A DNA stretch of 63,573 nt, filler included, from Octopus bimaculoides (taxonomy: Eukaryota): assembly GCF_001194135.2 (NCBI RefSeq). It is 6 parts of 6 records of this genome, joined end to end, with 100 filler letters (N's around TTAATTAATTAA, not from the genome) between each part and the next. Parts side by side here need not be neighbours in the genome. Positions count along the whole stretch, not along the records: positions 52,258 to 57,452 come from NC_069004.1; positions 57,553 to 59,093 come from NW_026424827.1; positions 59,194 to 61,470 come from NC_069008.1; positions 61,571 to 63,573 come from NC_068982.1; 2 more parts are not named here. One strand, given 5' to 3'. Position 1 is the stretch's first letter; every line of letters starts with the position of its first letter. Shown piece by piece: positions 52,158-63,573 of this stretch. Below the pieces are notes generated by a model. The model had not been told where the DNA came from and did not search any database. It worked only from the letters and a program-made list of their open reading frames with translations. Both the position numbers and the translations under genes were made by a program.

Positions 52158-53242
52158 NNNNNNNNNNNNNNNNNNNNNNNNNNNNNNNNNNNNNNNNNNN
52201 NTTAATTAATTAANNNNNNNNNNNNNNNNNNNNNNNNNNNNNNNNNNNNNNNNNNNNCCCCCCTTCAACTCAGTATCCTCTCTCTCCACCCCCACCAATT
52301 CCCGATAACTCTGTTGCTCATTTCCTTTCATCTCGATAGCAATATTAGGCGTCTAAATGAGATAAACTGTAGAAGCAGCAGCAGTTGTTGTGGCTGCTGT
52401 GATGGTTGTATAGGCGCTGATAATGCAAAATTCAATGCTATTGTTGTTGTTGTTGTTGGTAGTGGTGGTTATATTGGTATTGACAGTGTTGACTTTAGTG
52501 CTGTTGTTGTTGGCGGCGGTAACGTTTAGCCCCAGGTCAGTCCAGATAAAACAAACCAATGATCAAAACATATTCCAGCCATGAACACTTTCTATCAGAC
52601 ACAGTGTATCTAAGATCACATTATGCAATGTATTTTTCTTTTACAAAGGTAGAATGTGACTTTAGGAAGGTTCGGCTGCTATTTTTAGCAGTCTGAACGA
52701 GTCCGCAGAGGTTCCTTCTGTTGTTGTTGTTGCTGATAACATGATTCTTGTTTCTCTACCTATTGTTATTCTTGGCTTTGATTGAAAAATATAGCTATAT
52801 TCTTGTTGCATTTTGGGCGGGTCATGCTGCCAATTAAAACATACATGCTGGTTGTATTTCCCTTCAGATTTATTATCAATTAATTAGATAATTAATTAAC
52901 TGTTTTGTTAATGTTCTGTCGTCACAGTCTGTGACCTTATCAATGACGTTGTGCACTACAAACATCTCCTTCGCGATACCACACATTCCTCGTTGATTGC
53001 TCTTTTGTGAAATATATTATTTTCTTTAACCATTTAACCATACTGCACATAGACGTTATATTTTTAGTGAAGAGCCTATTCATTTGTTTTGATTCTAAGG
53101 TATTTCTGAAATATATTGGTAACGTAAAAAAAAAGTGAACTTACATATGTTCAAAATCGAATTATTGTGCAACATAGAACATAGTACTAATGTGGCATCG
53201 GGTAATGTGGCATCGGGTAATGTAGTGGAAGCACGCAATAAA

Positions 53243-53252
53243 TATATGATTA

Positions 53253-53315
<63 letters not shown>

Positions 53316-53500
53316 CCTTTCTACTAAAGGCACAAGGTTTGAAATTTGGGGAAAGGGACAAGTCGATTACATCGATCCCAGTGTTTCACTGGTACTTATT
53401 TTATCGACCCTGAAAGGATGAAAGGATCAGTCGACCTCGGCGGAATTTGAATTCAGAACGTGAAGACGGACGAAAAGCCGCTAAGCATTTTGCCAGGTAT
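53243..53500 (-). mobile_element. SINE family B with (ATT)n tail; a second fragment lies at ~53650-53760
   Basis: TTTATCGACCCTGAAAGGATGAAAGG ... GACCTCGGCGGAATTTGAATTCAGAACG. Confidence 0.8.
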
Positions 53501-53530
53501 TCTAATAGAATTATTAATAATAGAATTACT

Positions 53531-53566
<36 letters not shown>

Positions 53567-54132
53567 CTTTGCCCTAGGTGTCAGGAAGACAATCAGCAAG
53601 AAATGGAAACACAATTGAAAGATGTTAATGATAATGATAATAATTGTAATTTCTAATTTAGGCACAAGGCCAAGTATTTTGTGTGTAAGTTATTAATTGA
53701 TTTGAGGATTAACTGATGCTTTATTTCATCGACCCCGGAGGAAAGAAAGGCAAAGTTAGCTTCTGTCATTCATCTCCGGTGCTAATTCCAATCATTGGCA
53801 CAATCCCACGAGCATTGAGACGAGGTGGAGAATCGTAGAATCGAATTTAAATAGCTAGCACCCTACCCTACCCCACTCCCGCCTTGCTATCTACGCTGCT
53901 GCAAAGGATAAAAGGTAAATTCGTTGTCCGGAGACATTTGGACTCAAATCAAATACAGACATGAAACGATTTAAATCATATTTTTCTATGAAAATGAATC
54001 CTTCCCTTTGCCAATTCTCGAAGACAGAACTAGTGCCATGCCATCGGTGCAGTTTGTCTTTGATTCTTGTTCGCTCAAGGTTAGTTAACCATTACGAAAC
54101 AGCTGTATAATCAAGGAAGTTTCATTCGTGGT

Positions 54133-54185
54133 ATTCCCGCCATTCTTGTCCTTCAGAAATAGCGAGGGAGAAGAATGGCGGGAAT
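54133..54185 (+). other. 53-nt hairpin: 22-bp stem, 9-nt loop
   Basis: ATTCCCGCCATTCTTGTCCTTC-AGAAATAGC-GAGGGAGAAGAATGGCGGGAAT, with 20 Watson-Crick pairs, 1 G:U and 1 mismatch. Confidence 0.8.
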
Positions 54186-54344
54186 TGCTCTTCTTTATCT
54201 AACACGGCAGGGTGCGATTGGTAAAATTTGAGGAGTGACGTGATTTATTTCTAGCATATCCAGTTGTCACATAGACTTCAATAAAATTAAATCTTTCTTG
54301 TTCCTGACATTGCTCTTGCTGTTCAAGATTATAATAATTATCCA

Positions 54345-54345
54345 T

Positions 54346-54376
<31 letters not shown>

Positions 54377-54477
54377 CACCACTACTACTACTACTTCTAG
54401 CACCACCACTACTACTACTACTTCTACCACCACCACTACTACTACTACTTCTACCACCACCACTACTACTACTACTT

Positions 54478-54526
<49 letters not shown>

Positions 54527-54836
54527 NNNNNNNNNNNNNNNNNNNNNNNNNNNNNNNNNNNNNNNNNNNNNNNNNNNNNNNNNNNNNNNNNNNNNNNNNN
54601 NNNNNNNNNNNNNNNNNNNNNNNNNNNNNNNNNNNNNNNNNNNNNNNNNNNNNNNNNNNNNNNNNNNNNNNNNNNNNNNNNNNNNNNNNNNNNNNNNNNN
54701 NNNNNNNNNTACTACTACTACCACTACCACCACCACCACCATCACCACTACTACTACTACTTCTACCACCACCACCACCACTACTACTACTACTACTTCT
54801 ACCACTACCACCACCACCACCACCACTACTACTACT
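54345..54836. repeat. (CTA)n/(CCA)n minisatellite with 21-24-bp higher-order units, spanning a gap
   Basis: Directly visible. Confidence 0.9.
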
Positions 54837-55536
54837 TTTTCTTCTTGCTGCTGAAGTGGTTGTTATTGCCCTTGCTAGTCACGAGGTTATCCTCCATCTT
54901 CGTACTTTTGAGGTGACATTTGTCGTCATAACGTTATTACATTTCTACAGCTGTAGTTGTTTTTGAAATTGTTGCTTATGCTTTTGTTCTTGTTGCTGTT
55001 ATCAGGCGTACAGCTATTGTTACACTGGCTAGTAGCTGCGAGTTGGTGGACCACAAGAGGTGCGTGTGTATGTGGAATGTGTGTGTGTGTTTCAGTGGAA
55101 GATGATTTCACACTTACAGTGGTCTTGGCAATATTTCTTCTCACGAAACCTGATATTCTTATGTTAATAGTAGCCACATGCTGTGCCTGGCATTTGTAGA
55201 GCACGCGCGCACATACACACACATATATATATACATACATAAGTATACACAGGTTTACAAGCATAAAAGGACACATACAAACACAAAAATTATGTGTATG
55301 TGGAGTGAGTTGAACGACAAAATGAGAAATATATGTGCGTGTGTTACACACACAGCCGCACATATATATGGAGAAAAAAAAGACAAGAAGCTCTCAATGA
55401 AATATCTAATTTCATTTGTTTTTTCTTTACAGCTGTTTCCATAATTGAAGTGAAAACACCAATTATATAATTATTACAAAATTGTACTTATTAAAATGAA
55501 TTTGATTAGGGAGTGCTTTCCAGCACATAAGCACTA

Positions 55537-55593
<57 letters not shown>

Positions 55594-56549
55594 GTATATA
55601 TATGTGTATATATATATATATATACGCACGTATTCTCTACATCATCTCTCTTGCTATATATTATATATAGCGTGAGAGATGATGAGGATTATGATGTAGA
55701 GAACATTTTGTGCGACTGCGGTGAGTAGAGATTGTAACAGCGTTGATTCCCAAGTATAACTATTTCACTTCACTTTCCCTTCATTAAAGACCCACAAGAG
55801 CGATGAAAGACCTTCGTGTACCCAACCGACAAATATTCACAAGAGAACCAATATGTAGAGTATATATACGCACTCACACACATATACACGCGTACATGCA
55901 CAAATACAAACAAATATATACACAAAAATACATACACATACACTCATGATGGAAATCGACTCAAAGACATCAGGGTCGCCGAAAGTGCACATGGTGCCGC
56001 TGGAAATGCGGCACTATACAGGAACTGATTCCACAGAGGCGATTCTTAGTGAAGAATTGATAACATTCTCCGGAGCCCTGGCAGCGTCTCTGGACTCACT
56101 TTTTCTGCTTTTAATTGAACCCTAATAATTCTATGAGCACAGCTTCTCACCTAATTGGTTACACACTGAAGCTTACTGTTTGGGAGCCAGTTGAATATAT
56201 ATCCGCCAATACACATCCTAAATTAATTTTAAGATAATTCAACGCAATTAAGTGGGCCAGATTTGTTAATTAGCAACACATGTGTATGAAGAAAATAAAA
56301 AATCTATAACAGAACTAAGATATCGTTTGTACAGCGTCAAGCTGTCTTATTGGCCACAGGCAAAAACCACCAAAGCTAATACAAAGATAATTGGGTATTA
56401 CAGGGTAAGAGATTATATTAGCTTCACTTACGAGGTTCTTGCTGGGAACAGTCCCTAGATGAGCTGCTTTTACCACAGCCGAAGTGCACAAGTTTACCAA
56501 ACGCTTCTGCGTCACTTAAAACGCGCTCATTCAATATCTTGAGTACTTC

Positions 56550-56787
56550 TTATTTCTTTATTGCCCACAAGGGGGTAAACATAGAGGGGACAAACAAGGA
56601 CAGACAAAGGGATTAAGTCGATTGCATCGACCCCAGTGCGTAATTGGTACTTAATTTATCGACCCCGAAAGGATGAAAGGCAAAGTCGACCTCGGCGGAA
56701 TTTGAACTCAGAACGTAACGGCAGACGAAATACCGCTAAGCATTTCGTCCGGCGTGCTGACGTATCTGCCAGCTGGCCCCTTTGAGC
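56550..56787 (-). mobile_element. Full-length SINE family B with a perfect 15-bp TSD
   Basis: TATCTTGAGTACTTC at 56535-49 and 56788-802. tRNA-like head (GAGTTCAAATTCC B-box) and the GCCTTTCATCCTTTCGGGGTCGATAAA core, which recalls the Meta-type SINE domain. Confidence 0.92.
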
Positions 56788-57552
56788 TATCTTGAGTACT
56801 TCCATGATAGGTCTTGGCGTTGCCAATTTGGCGTAACTGAATAGATGCCGATGTTTCGACATTGATTATTTTAATGTCCCTTCTCTCACTGTTTACGTGG
56901 GAGACCATATTTCTCTGTGCATGAGTATTTGTGTCAATTATGTTCAATTGATAAATTCTAATCTCTCTCTCTCTCTCTCTCTCTCTGTATTCATGTATAT
57001 ATTTCTGCGAACGCGCATTTGTGACCAGTACCAAAGAGTACTGTCTCCCAAATAGGCTGAATATCCAGTCAGTCGCACCACATCGTCAGCGCCAAAATAG
57101 CAGCGCCCAATCGTCTCATTTTACTTCTAAGTCATTGTGCACTAGTGTTTTCAAAGGTTTTGTCTCTATGTTGGATTCATCAGTCTTTCTGAAACGTTTT
57201 GTTTTGTCCTCTTCAGTTCTTAGCAAACTTTATCATTAAGCCAGATGAGAGCAGGTGTTAATTTATTAAACGAATGTTCATCCGTTCTACGGCAAAGTTT
57301 ACAGGTTAAGATGTTACAAGTAGCAAGCAAGACTGGTCTCGTACACACATATAGAAGAACATTATATATATATATATGCATCATATGTTATTCGACTTTT
57401 TCTATCCACGTCTTTATTTTTAATCCATAGCTCTATCAGCTTCGTGTTTCATNNNNNNNNNNNNNNNNNNNNNNNNNNNNNNNNNNNNNNNNNNNNTTAA
57501 TTAATTAANNNNNNNNNNNNNNNNNNNNNNNNNNNNNNNNNNNNNNNNNNNN

Positions 57553-57986
57553 TCAAGTACCATTTGAAAAGGAAGGTGAGAATGGAGAGGCAGGTTTTGT
57601 CTCGTGAAAGCTTCAACAAAAAGTGGGAGAATGTAGCAAAGATGGTGCGTGCGAGTGACGAAACCACTTTGAGCGTGGTCCTGTAAATCGAAAACACGAG
57701 AGTGAGAGAAAGACAGCACTTGCTCTCATGTGTTTATTCCCACCCTGCCTGAGGTTACCGTGGTCTTTTCCGTAGGCTTTTCTTTCCACGGATAAACCTA
57801 ATCTTGCTTTTTACCTTCTAAATTTTTTTCTGTGATACGCGATCCCTTTTGATCGTTTTTTTTTCTTTCTCTCAATCCCTTTTGATCGGAATTTTATTTT
57901 TCTCCCTTTTTTCCTATTTTCGAAAAGAATAGCTCTACATTGTATTTTTTCCCCTCTGTGTTCGGCCCTGTGTGGCTAATAAAGAA

Positions 57987-57989
<3 letters not shown>
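57553..57989 (+). mobile_element. L1/Tx1-type LINE 3' end, copy 1
   Basis: KYHLKRKVRMERQVL C-terminus; 3' UTR ends CCCTGTGTGGCTAATAAAGAA, followed by (TATC)n. Confidence 0.8.
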
Positions 57990-58020
<31 letters not shown>

Positions 58021-58022
58021 AT

Positions 58023-58829
58023 AGGGGATTAGTGGAGGGGAGGTACGACAACGACCTCGGGGCGAACCTGTGTGTCGACGAGGAATACCTGACCCGCCTG
58101 TTCAAGACGACTTTCGGGCCGGGACCTATGGACAACTTCCAGAGATCCCTGGCCTGGCAGTGCTACCGAGGGGCGCTACCCGTTCGGGATAAGCTCTATA
58201 GACACGGCTCGAGAAATACGAGGCCGACATGCCCGAGATGCGGTCAGAGCGACGAGACCGTTCCGCACGCACTCGTACAGTGTCCAACCATTTCCGACTT
58301 GTGGCTATGGCGAAAGAATGTATCTGGTGGACGCGTCTGAAAGGATTAGAGACAAACACTTTCCTCTCTGGTCAATCTCTCATCAACTTTTCCAAGTATC
58401 ACTTGAAAAGGAAGGTGAGGGTCGAGAGGCAAGTGTTGTCTAATGAATGTTTCCAAAAAAGATGGGTGAATGTAGCAAGGATGGCACGTATAAATGACGA
58501 AGCCACCTTGAGCATGAACCTATGACACGGAAAAATTTTGAAGCAAAGAGTTACTTAGCTTGTGTAATTAAATCTATTAACATGTACATTATTGCCCGAG
58601 GTTACCATGGTCTTTTCGTAGGTTTTTCTTTCCACGGATAAACCTTCCCATTACTTGGGAACTTTTTGTATATATTTATCTTTCTTGTACATACCCCAAA
58701 CGTTTTCGATTCCTTTTGATCGTTGTCCCTACTTTATTATTTTTTTTTCCTTTTGCCCCCATCGAAAAGAAAAACTCTACACTGTATTTGTCCAATCTGT
58801 GTTCAGCCCTGTGTGGCTAATAAAGAAAG
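58023..58829 (+). mobile_element. L1/Tx1-type LINE 3' end, copy 2 (zf-RVT region, internal deletion)
   Basis: WQCYRGALPVRDKL...CPRCGQSDETVPHALVQCP (CCHC zf-RVT), a frame change at CTTGTGGCT, AKECIWWTR, and the same 3' end as copy 1. Confidence 0.88.
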
Positions 58830-59193
58830 TTATCTATATATGTGTGCATGTGTGTGTGTTTGTGAATATATATTATTACATAATAAAACGAATGGTTTAT
58901 ACCGGCTAGCTTACTAGTAAAGCATGAAAGCTTTCACCGTGCACGTTATGTATTTGGTTAATGAGAGACAAAAGATGGAAGATTGCAAGTTTCGACTCAT
59001 CTAGATGTATTCGTGTTTATTCATTTATACACGAACACAAATAAACACACACGCACACAGACATACATGCAGATTCATTCAAACATACACAAANNNNNNN
59101 NNNNNNNNNNNNNNNNNNNNNNNNNNNNNNNNNNNNNTTAATTAATTAANNNNNNNNNNNNNNNNNNNNNNNNNNNNNNNNNNNNNNNNNNNN

Positions 59194-59371
59194 AAACTGC
59201 ATCTCATCTAAATTGATTTGCTCCCTAATTAGTTGGGCTATGACCCTCTCCGTAACTTTCATAACCTGATCTAACAGCTTGATGCCTCTGTAATTATTAG
59301 TGTCTAAAGCGTCACCTTTACCTTTGTAGCAGTTTACTATGGTGCTGCTACACCAGTCATTGGGTATGACT

Positions 59372-59373
<2 letters not shown>
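59194..59373 (-). mobile_element. RTE-clade reverse transcriptase N-terminal fragment
   Basis: 60 uninterrupted codons: GVIPNDWCSSTIVNCYKGKGDALDTNNYRGIKLLDQVMKVTERVIAQLIREQINLDEMQF. Confidence 0.9.
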
Positions 59374-59402
<29 letters not shown>

Positions 59403-59403
59403 A

Positions 59404-59472
59404 TCAAATGAATAATAACAGATGATGGATAATTGTCAGCTGACAATTATACATCATCTGTTATTCATTTGA
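59404..59472. repeat. 69-bp loopless palindrome centred on CAGCTG
   Basis: The arms differ only by one 3-nt indel and one mismatch. Confidence 0.9.
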
Positions 59473-59589
59473 ATATAATACACGAAGGGGATTTACAACT
59501 TGTCAGACACCCTAGAGTATACTAACGATCTAACAATATACAATACAGCATAATACATGCTTTGGACCAGCTCCTAGATGCTAAATACT

Positions 59590-61220
59590 CACACGGTTGG
59601 TTTTGGAATATCCTTTTGCCGAACCGCTAAGGTAAGGGAACGTAAGCACACCAACATCAGTTGTCAAGTGATGGTGGCGGGTACAAGCATAGACACATAC
59701 ATAAATACACACACACACACACGTACACACACACACACACACATATACGACAGACTTCTTTCACTTTCCGTCTACCAAATCCACTCACAAGGCTTAGGTT
59801 GGCCCAAGGCTATACAGAAGACACTTGCCCAAGGTGCCATGTAGTGGGACTGAACCTGGAACCATGTGGTTGGGAAGCAAGCTTCTTACCACCCAGCCAT
59901 GCTGCACTTATACATGTATATATATTCTTCTTTTATTCTTTTACTTGTTTCAGTCATTTGACTGCAGCCATGCTGGAGCACCACCTTTAGTTGAGCAAAT
60001 CATCCCCAGGACTTATTCTTTGTAAGCCTAGTACTTACTCAATCAGTCTCTTTTGTTGAACTGCTTAGGTACGGGGAAGTAAACACACTACTATCGGTTG
60101 TCAAGCGATGGTGGGGAGACAAATACAGACACACAAACATATACACACATACATATATATACATATATACGATGAGCTTCTTTCAGTTTCCATCTACCAA
60201 ATCCACTCACATGGCTTTGGTCAGCCCGAGGCTATAGTAGAAGACACTTGCCCAAGGTGCCACGCAGTGGGACTGAACCCAGAACCATGTGGTTGGTAAG
60301 CAAGCTACTTACCACACAGCCACTCCTGTGCCTATATNNNNNNNNNNNNNNNNNNNNNNNNNNNNNNNNNNNNNNNNNNNNNNNNNNNNNNNNNNNNNNN
60401 NNNNNNNNNNNNNNNNNNNNNNNNNNNNNNNNNNNNNNNNNNNNNNNNNNNNNNNNNNNNNNNNNNNNNNNNNNNNNNNNNNNNNNNNNNNNNNNNNNNN
60501 NNNNNNNNNNNNNNNNNNNNNNNNNNNNNNNNNNNNNNNNNNNNNNNNNNNNNNNNNNNNNNNNNNNNNNNNNNNNNNNNNNNNNNNNNNNNNNNNNNNN
60601 NNNNNNNNNNNNNNNNNNNNNNNNNNNNNNNNNNNNNNNNNNNNNNNNNNNNNNNNNNNNNNNNNNNNNNNNNNNNNNNNNNNNNNNNNNNNNNNNNNNN
60701 NNNNNNNNNNNNNNNNNNNNNNNNNNNNNNNNNNNNNNNNNNNNNNNNNNNNNNNNNNNNNNNNNNNNNNNNNNNNNNNNNNNNNNNNNNNNNNNNNNNN
60801 NNNNNNNNNNNNNNNNNNNNNNNNNNNNNNNNNNNNNNNNNNNNNNNNNNNNNNNNNNNNNNNNNNNNNNNNNNNNNNNNNNNNNNNNNNNNNNNNNNNN
60901 NNNNNNNNNNNNNNNNNNNNNNNNNNNNNNNNNNNNNNNNNNNNNNNNNNNNNNNNNNNNNNNNNNNNNNNNNNNNNNNNNNNNNNNNNNNNNNNNNNNN
61001 NNNNNNNNNNNNNNNNNNNNNNNNNTACACACATACATATATATACATATATACGATGAGCTTCTTTCAGTTTCCATCTACCAAATCCACTCACATGGCT
61101 TTGGTCGACCCGAGGCTATAGTAGAAGACACTTGTCCAAGATGCCTCGCAGTGGGAATGAACCCGGAACCATGTGGTTGGTAAACAAGCTACTTACCACA
61201 CAGCCACTCCTGCACCTATA
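59590..61220 (-). mobile_element. Three tandem SINE family A copies (~59590-59900, ~59925-60337, ~61026-61220)
   Basis: Repeated family core. The last two copies share diagnostic variants across a gap. Confidence 0.85.
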
Positions 61221-61390
61221 ATATAAAGTAGTTGTATGCTGTCAACTTAATGTGACAGTCCCATGAAGGGAATAATACTATTGCTATTTAGCTCTAGGAA
61301 GCAGCACCACTTCCTGTTGGCCTTGACACATTTCCTGTATCCTTATGTTTACAAGGGGGAGACAAGTACCTCCACTTAGCTAAGCCTGCA

Positions 61391-61433
61391 TCTAGAGACA
61401 TGTTTCTGAGCCTTTGCTCGTCATCAGTCTGGA
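61391..61433 (-). ncRNA. Near-intact Penelope-type minimal hammerhead ribozyme
   Basis: Minus strand: TCCAGA-CTGATGA-c GAGC aaag GCTC a-GAAA-CATG-TC-TCTAGA. Full core, GUC triplet, palindromic ACATGT stem III; stem I is 5/6 paired and the base pair closing stem II is a C:A mismatch. Confidence 0.7.
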
Positions 61434-61570
61434 GTAGCAATGGCTTGCTATATATACATACATACATACANNNNNNNNNNNNNNNNNNNNNNNNNNNNNN
61501 NNNNNNNNNNNNNNTTAATTAATTAANNNNNNNNNNNNNNNNNNNNNNNNNNNNNNNNNNNNNNNNNNNN

Positions 61571-61605
<35 letters not shown>

Positions 61606-62332
61606 TGTTTGTATGTATGCATATATATATATATATATACATATATATATTTACTTGGCTTATGTGAGAGCGCACCTGCGTGTGTATAAACAGGATTACA
61701 TATATACTTCTTAGTGTGCGCATACCCAGTTGTCAACATATGACCTTCATCACTACCCTTTCCATGTCTCTTCTCCCTGTCTCACTCCCTACCCTCCACC
61801 TTTTGCCTCTCCTCCGGTGTATCATATATGTGCATGTGTTTGAGAGTGTGTGTGTCTGTGTCTGTCTGTCTGTCTGACTGACTGTCTGTACAAACATATG
61901 CATGCATATGTACGTATGTATGTATGTATGTATGTATGTACGTGTAAGAGCTTATTTTCTGATGCAATAGCAAGAGTTTGTTTAACAAAAATGAATTATA
62001 AAAATTCACATTAAATTTCTGTGCTAGAATGTTTCTTTACAAAATAGAGGGAAATTTTATTTTTTTAAAGCAATCAAATATGAAATAAAGTAGCTAAGAT
62101 CATGTTATATCGTTACTAAAGATGTGTTAATATTTTGTATAGCAAAATACGCAAAAGAACAAAAAATATAAAAGAACAAAAAAACTTTATAGATAACAAC
62201 GAAACATTCTTTTTATGTTTTGAAATATATTTTGGTCGATTCGTGATTAAATCTCTGTTGAACAACCCACACAAATATTGATAACATTGTGCGTGTTTGT
62301 ATATATTGAATATGTGTGTATGTGCTCATGTG

Positions 62333-62368
<36 letters not shown>

Positions 62369-63110
62369 ACGTGTGTGTGTGTGAAAATACACACATTCAT
62401 TCGCACAGAGATAGATAGATAGATAGATAGAAAGATAGATAGAAAGATAGATAGATAGATAGATAAGCATGCAGATTTTTATATATAAACACGGCGGTTT
62501 GAAGAAATTGGATAAATTGGTGGACATTGCTCATGATTTCAAATCTTTGCAAATTGTTATTTAACATGGCTTTCTCTCTGTTTTTTATTCATAAGTCTCT
62601 ACAGTCGGAGTGCTTAACAAATATAAAAATGAAAATTAATTTTCCCACTCCCACTCTGATATGATCATGAAATAGTGGGAGACGAAACCACCTACCAAGA
62701 AACTAGACATGAATCGCCGCCAACATTAAGGAAATTCATTAACTAACAAAGATCAGCTGATATCTCAGTCCTAAACTAGTCTGCCATAGTCAAATATAAA
62801 TATACATTTATCGATATGAAACGGTCTCAATAAACTCAGCGACTCTTGGATGCATTTCTGAACGCCTACGCGATTTTCTCCATATAGAATTCAAGAGATT
62901 CCCTTTAGTCATTTTTTAAAAGCTTATTTCATCCCACTTCTTTTATTATTCCGTTCTTCGTTGACTTGTCTACGATCTCGATTGGATGAAATAATAAAAA
63001 TAGATTTCAAACATTGAACGTGTTTTCAAACTTATTCATAGAATTTACATTTGCGTACATATATATAAGAGTGTGTGTCTCTGTGTATGTATATATATTA
63101 CACACACACA

Positions 63111-63143
<33 letters not shown>

Positions 63144-63186
63144 CTCAAAAGTGAAGAGAGAGTTCTGGTGAAATAACATTTTATGA

Positions 63187-63525
63187 AATAAAGAAATCCA
63201 GTCTTCCTTCAGTTGCTCTAAGTGTGATAAGACTTGTCTTTCTAAGGCTAGCTTAACTTCCCATCATAAAATTCATCTCCGTGCAGCTGGCGCAAATGAC
63301 ACAAAGGTCATTCCAACAGGCACGTACATATCCTATATCTGTAATAAGACATGTAAGTCCTGCACTCATCTAAAAAGACATTCAGATATCAATGAGCCTG
63401 AAAAGACAAACAACGCTGAGCCACTTGAGATGAGGTATATTTGCACTGCTTGTAATGCAAAATCCAAACAGCTCTCGGGACTCGAAAGCCACTTACATGA
63501 TCATGCACGAGAAAAGTACATCTAA
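63187..63525 (+). mobile_element. ORF C-terminus with three C2H2 fingers (one degenerate), probably an RTE-type LINE end
   Basis: FSCSKCDKTCLSKASLTSHHKIH, YISYICNKTCKSCTHLKRHSDIN (degenerate) and YICTACNAKSKQLSGLESHLHDH, then a stop at 63523-25. Long non-TGEKP linkers and in-frame TGA stops upstream. Not in the ORF track. Confidence 0.6.
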
Positions 63526-63573
63526 CAAGAAGTCAAGCTAACCTCTCTCACAATATATATATATATATATATA

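Noticed and set aside
53188-53222. 15-bp direct repeat and other short spaced repeats as CRISPR-like arrays
   Set aside because: Simple tandem duplication with no unique spacers; the context is eukaryotic.

Overview
AT-rich eukaryotic draft-assembly DNA with more than two dozen N gaps, dense microsatellites and layered transposon relics. The repeat families look like those of Octopus (inferred from memory, not searched). Nearly all ORFs in the supplied track are microsatellite or N-gap artefacts. Supportable content: three tRNA-headed SINE families; an abundant (GAT)n-tailed repeat that shares its sequence with the 3' end of an RTE LINE; fragments of RTE, R4/Dong and L1/Tx1 retrotransposons; a solo LTR; several Tc1/mariner derivatives and palindromic MITEs; a Helitron and a Helentron-type element; and Penelope-type minimal hammerhead ribozyme motifs. 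No complete gene can be identified. Several small + strand exon candidates (11.2 kb and 25.9-29.4 kb) may belong to one unidentified spliced gene; two of them are adjacent 68-nt exons with the geometry of a mutually exclusive pair. Other leads: LINE-like ends carrying tandem C2H2 zinc fingers, a fold-back mariner, a pre-miRNA-like hairpin, and a possible decayed minus-strand coding island at 12.9-14.5 kb. All alignments and translations were done by eye; TE boundaries are approximate unless TSDs or TIRs are given.
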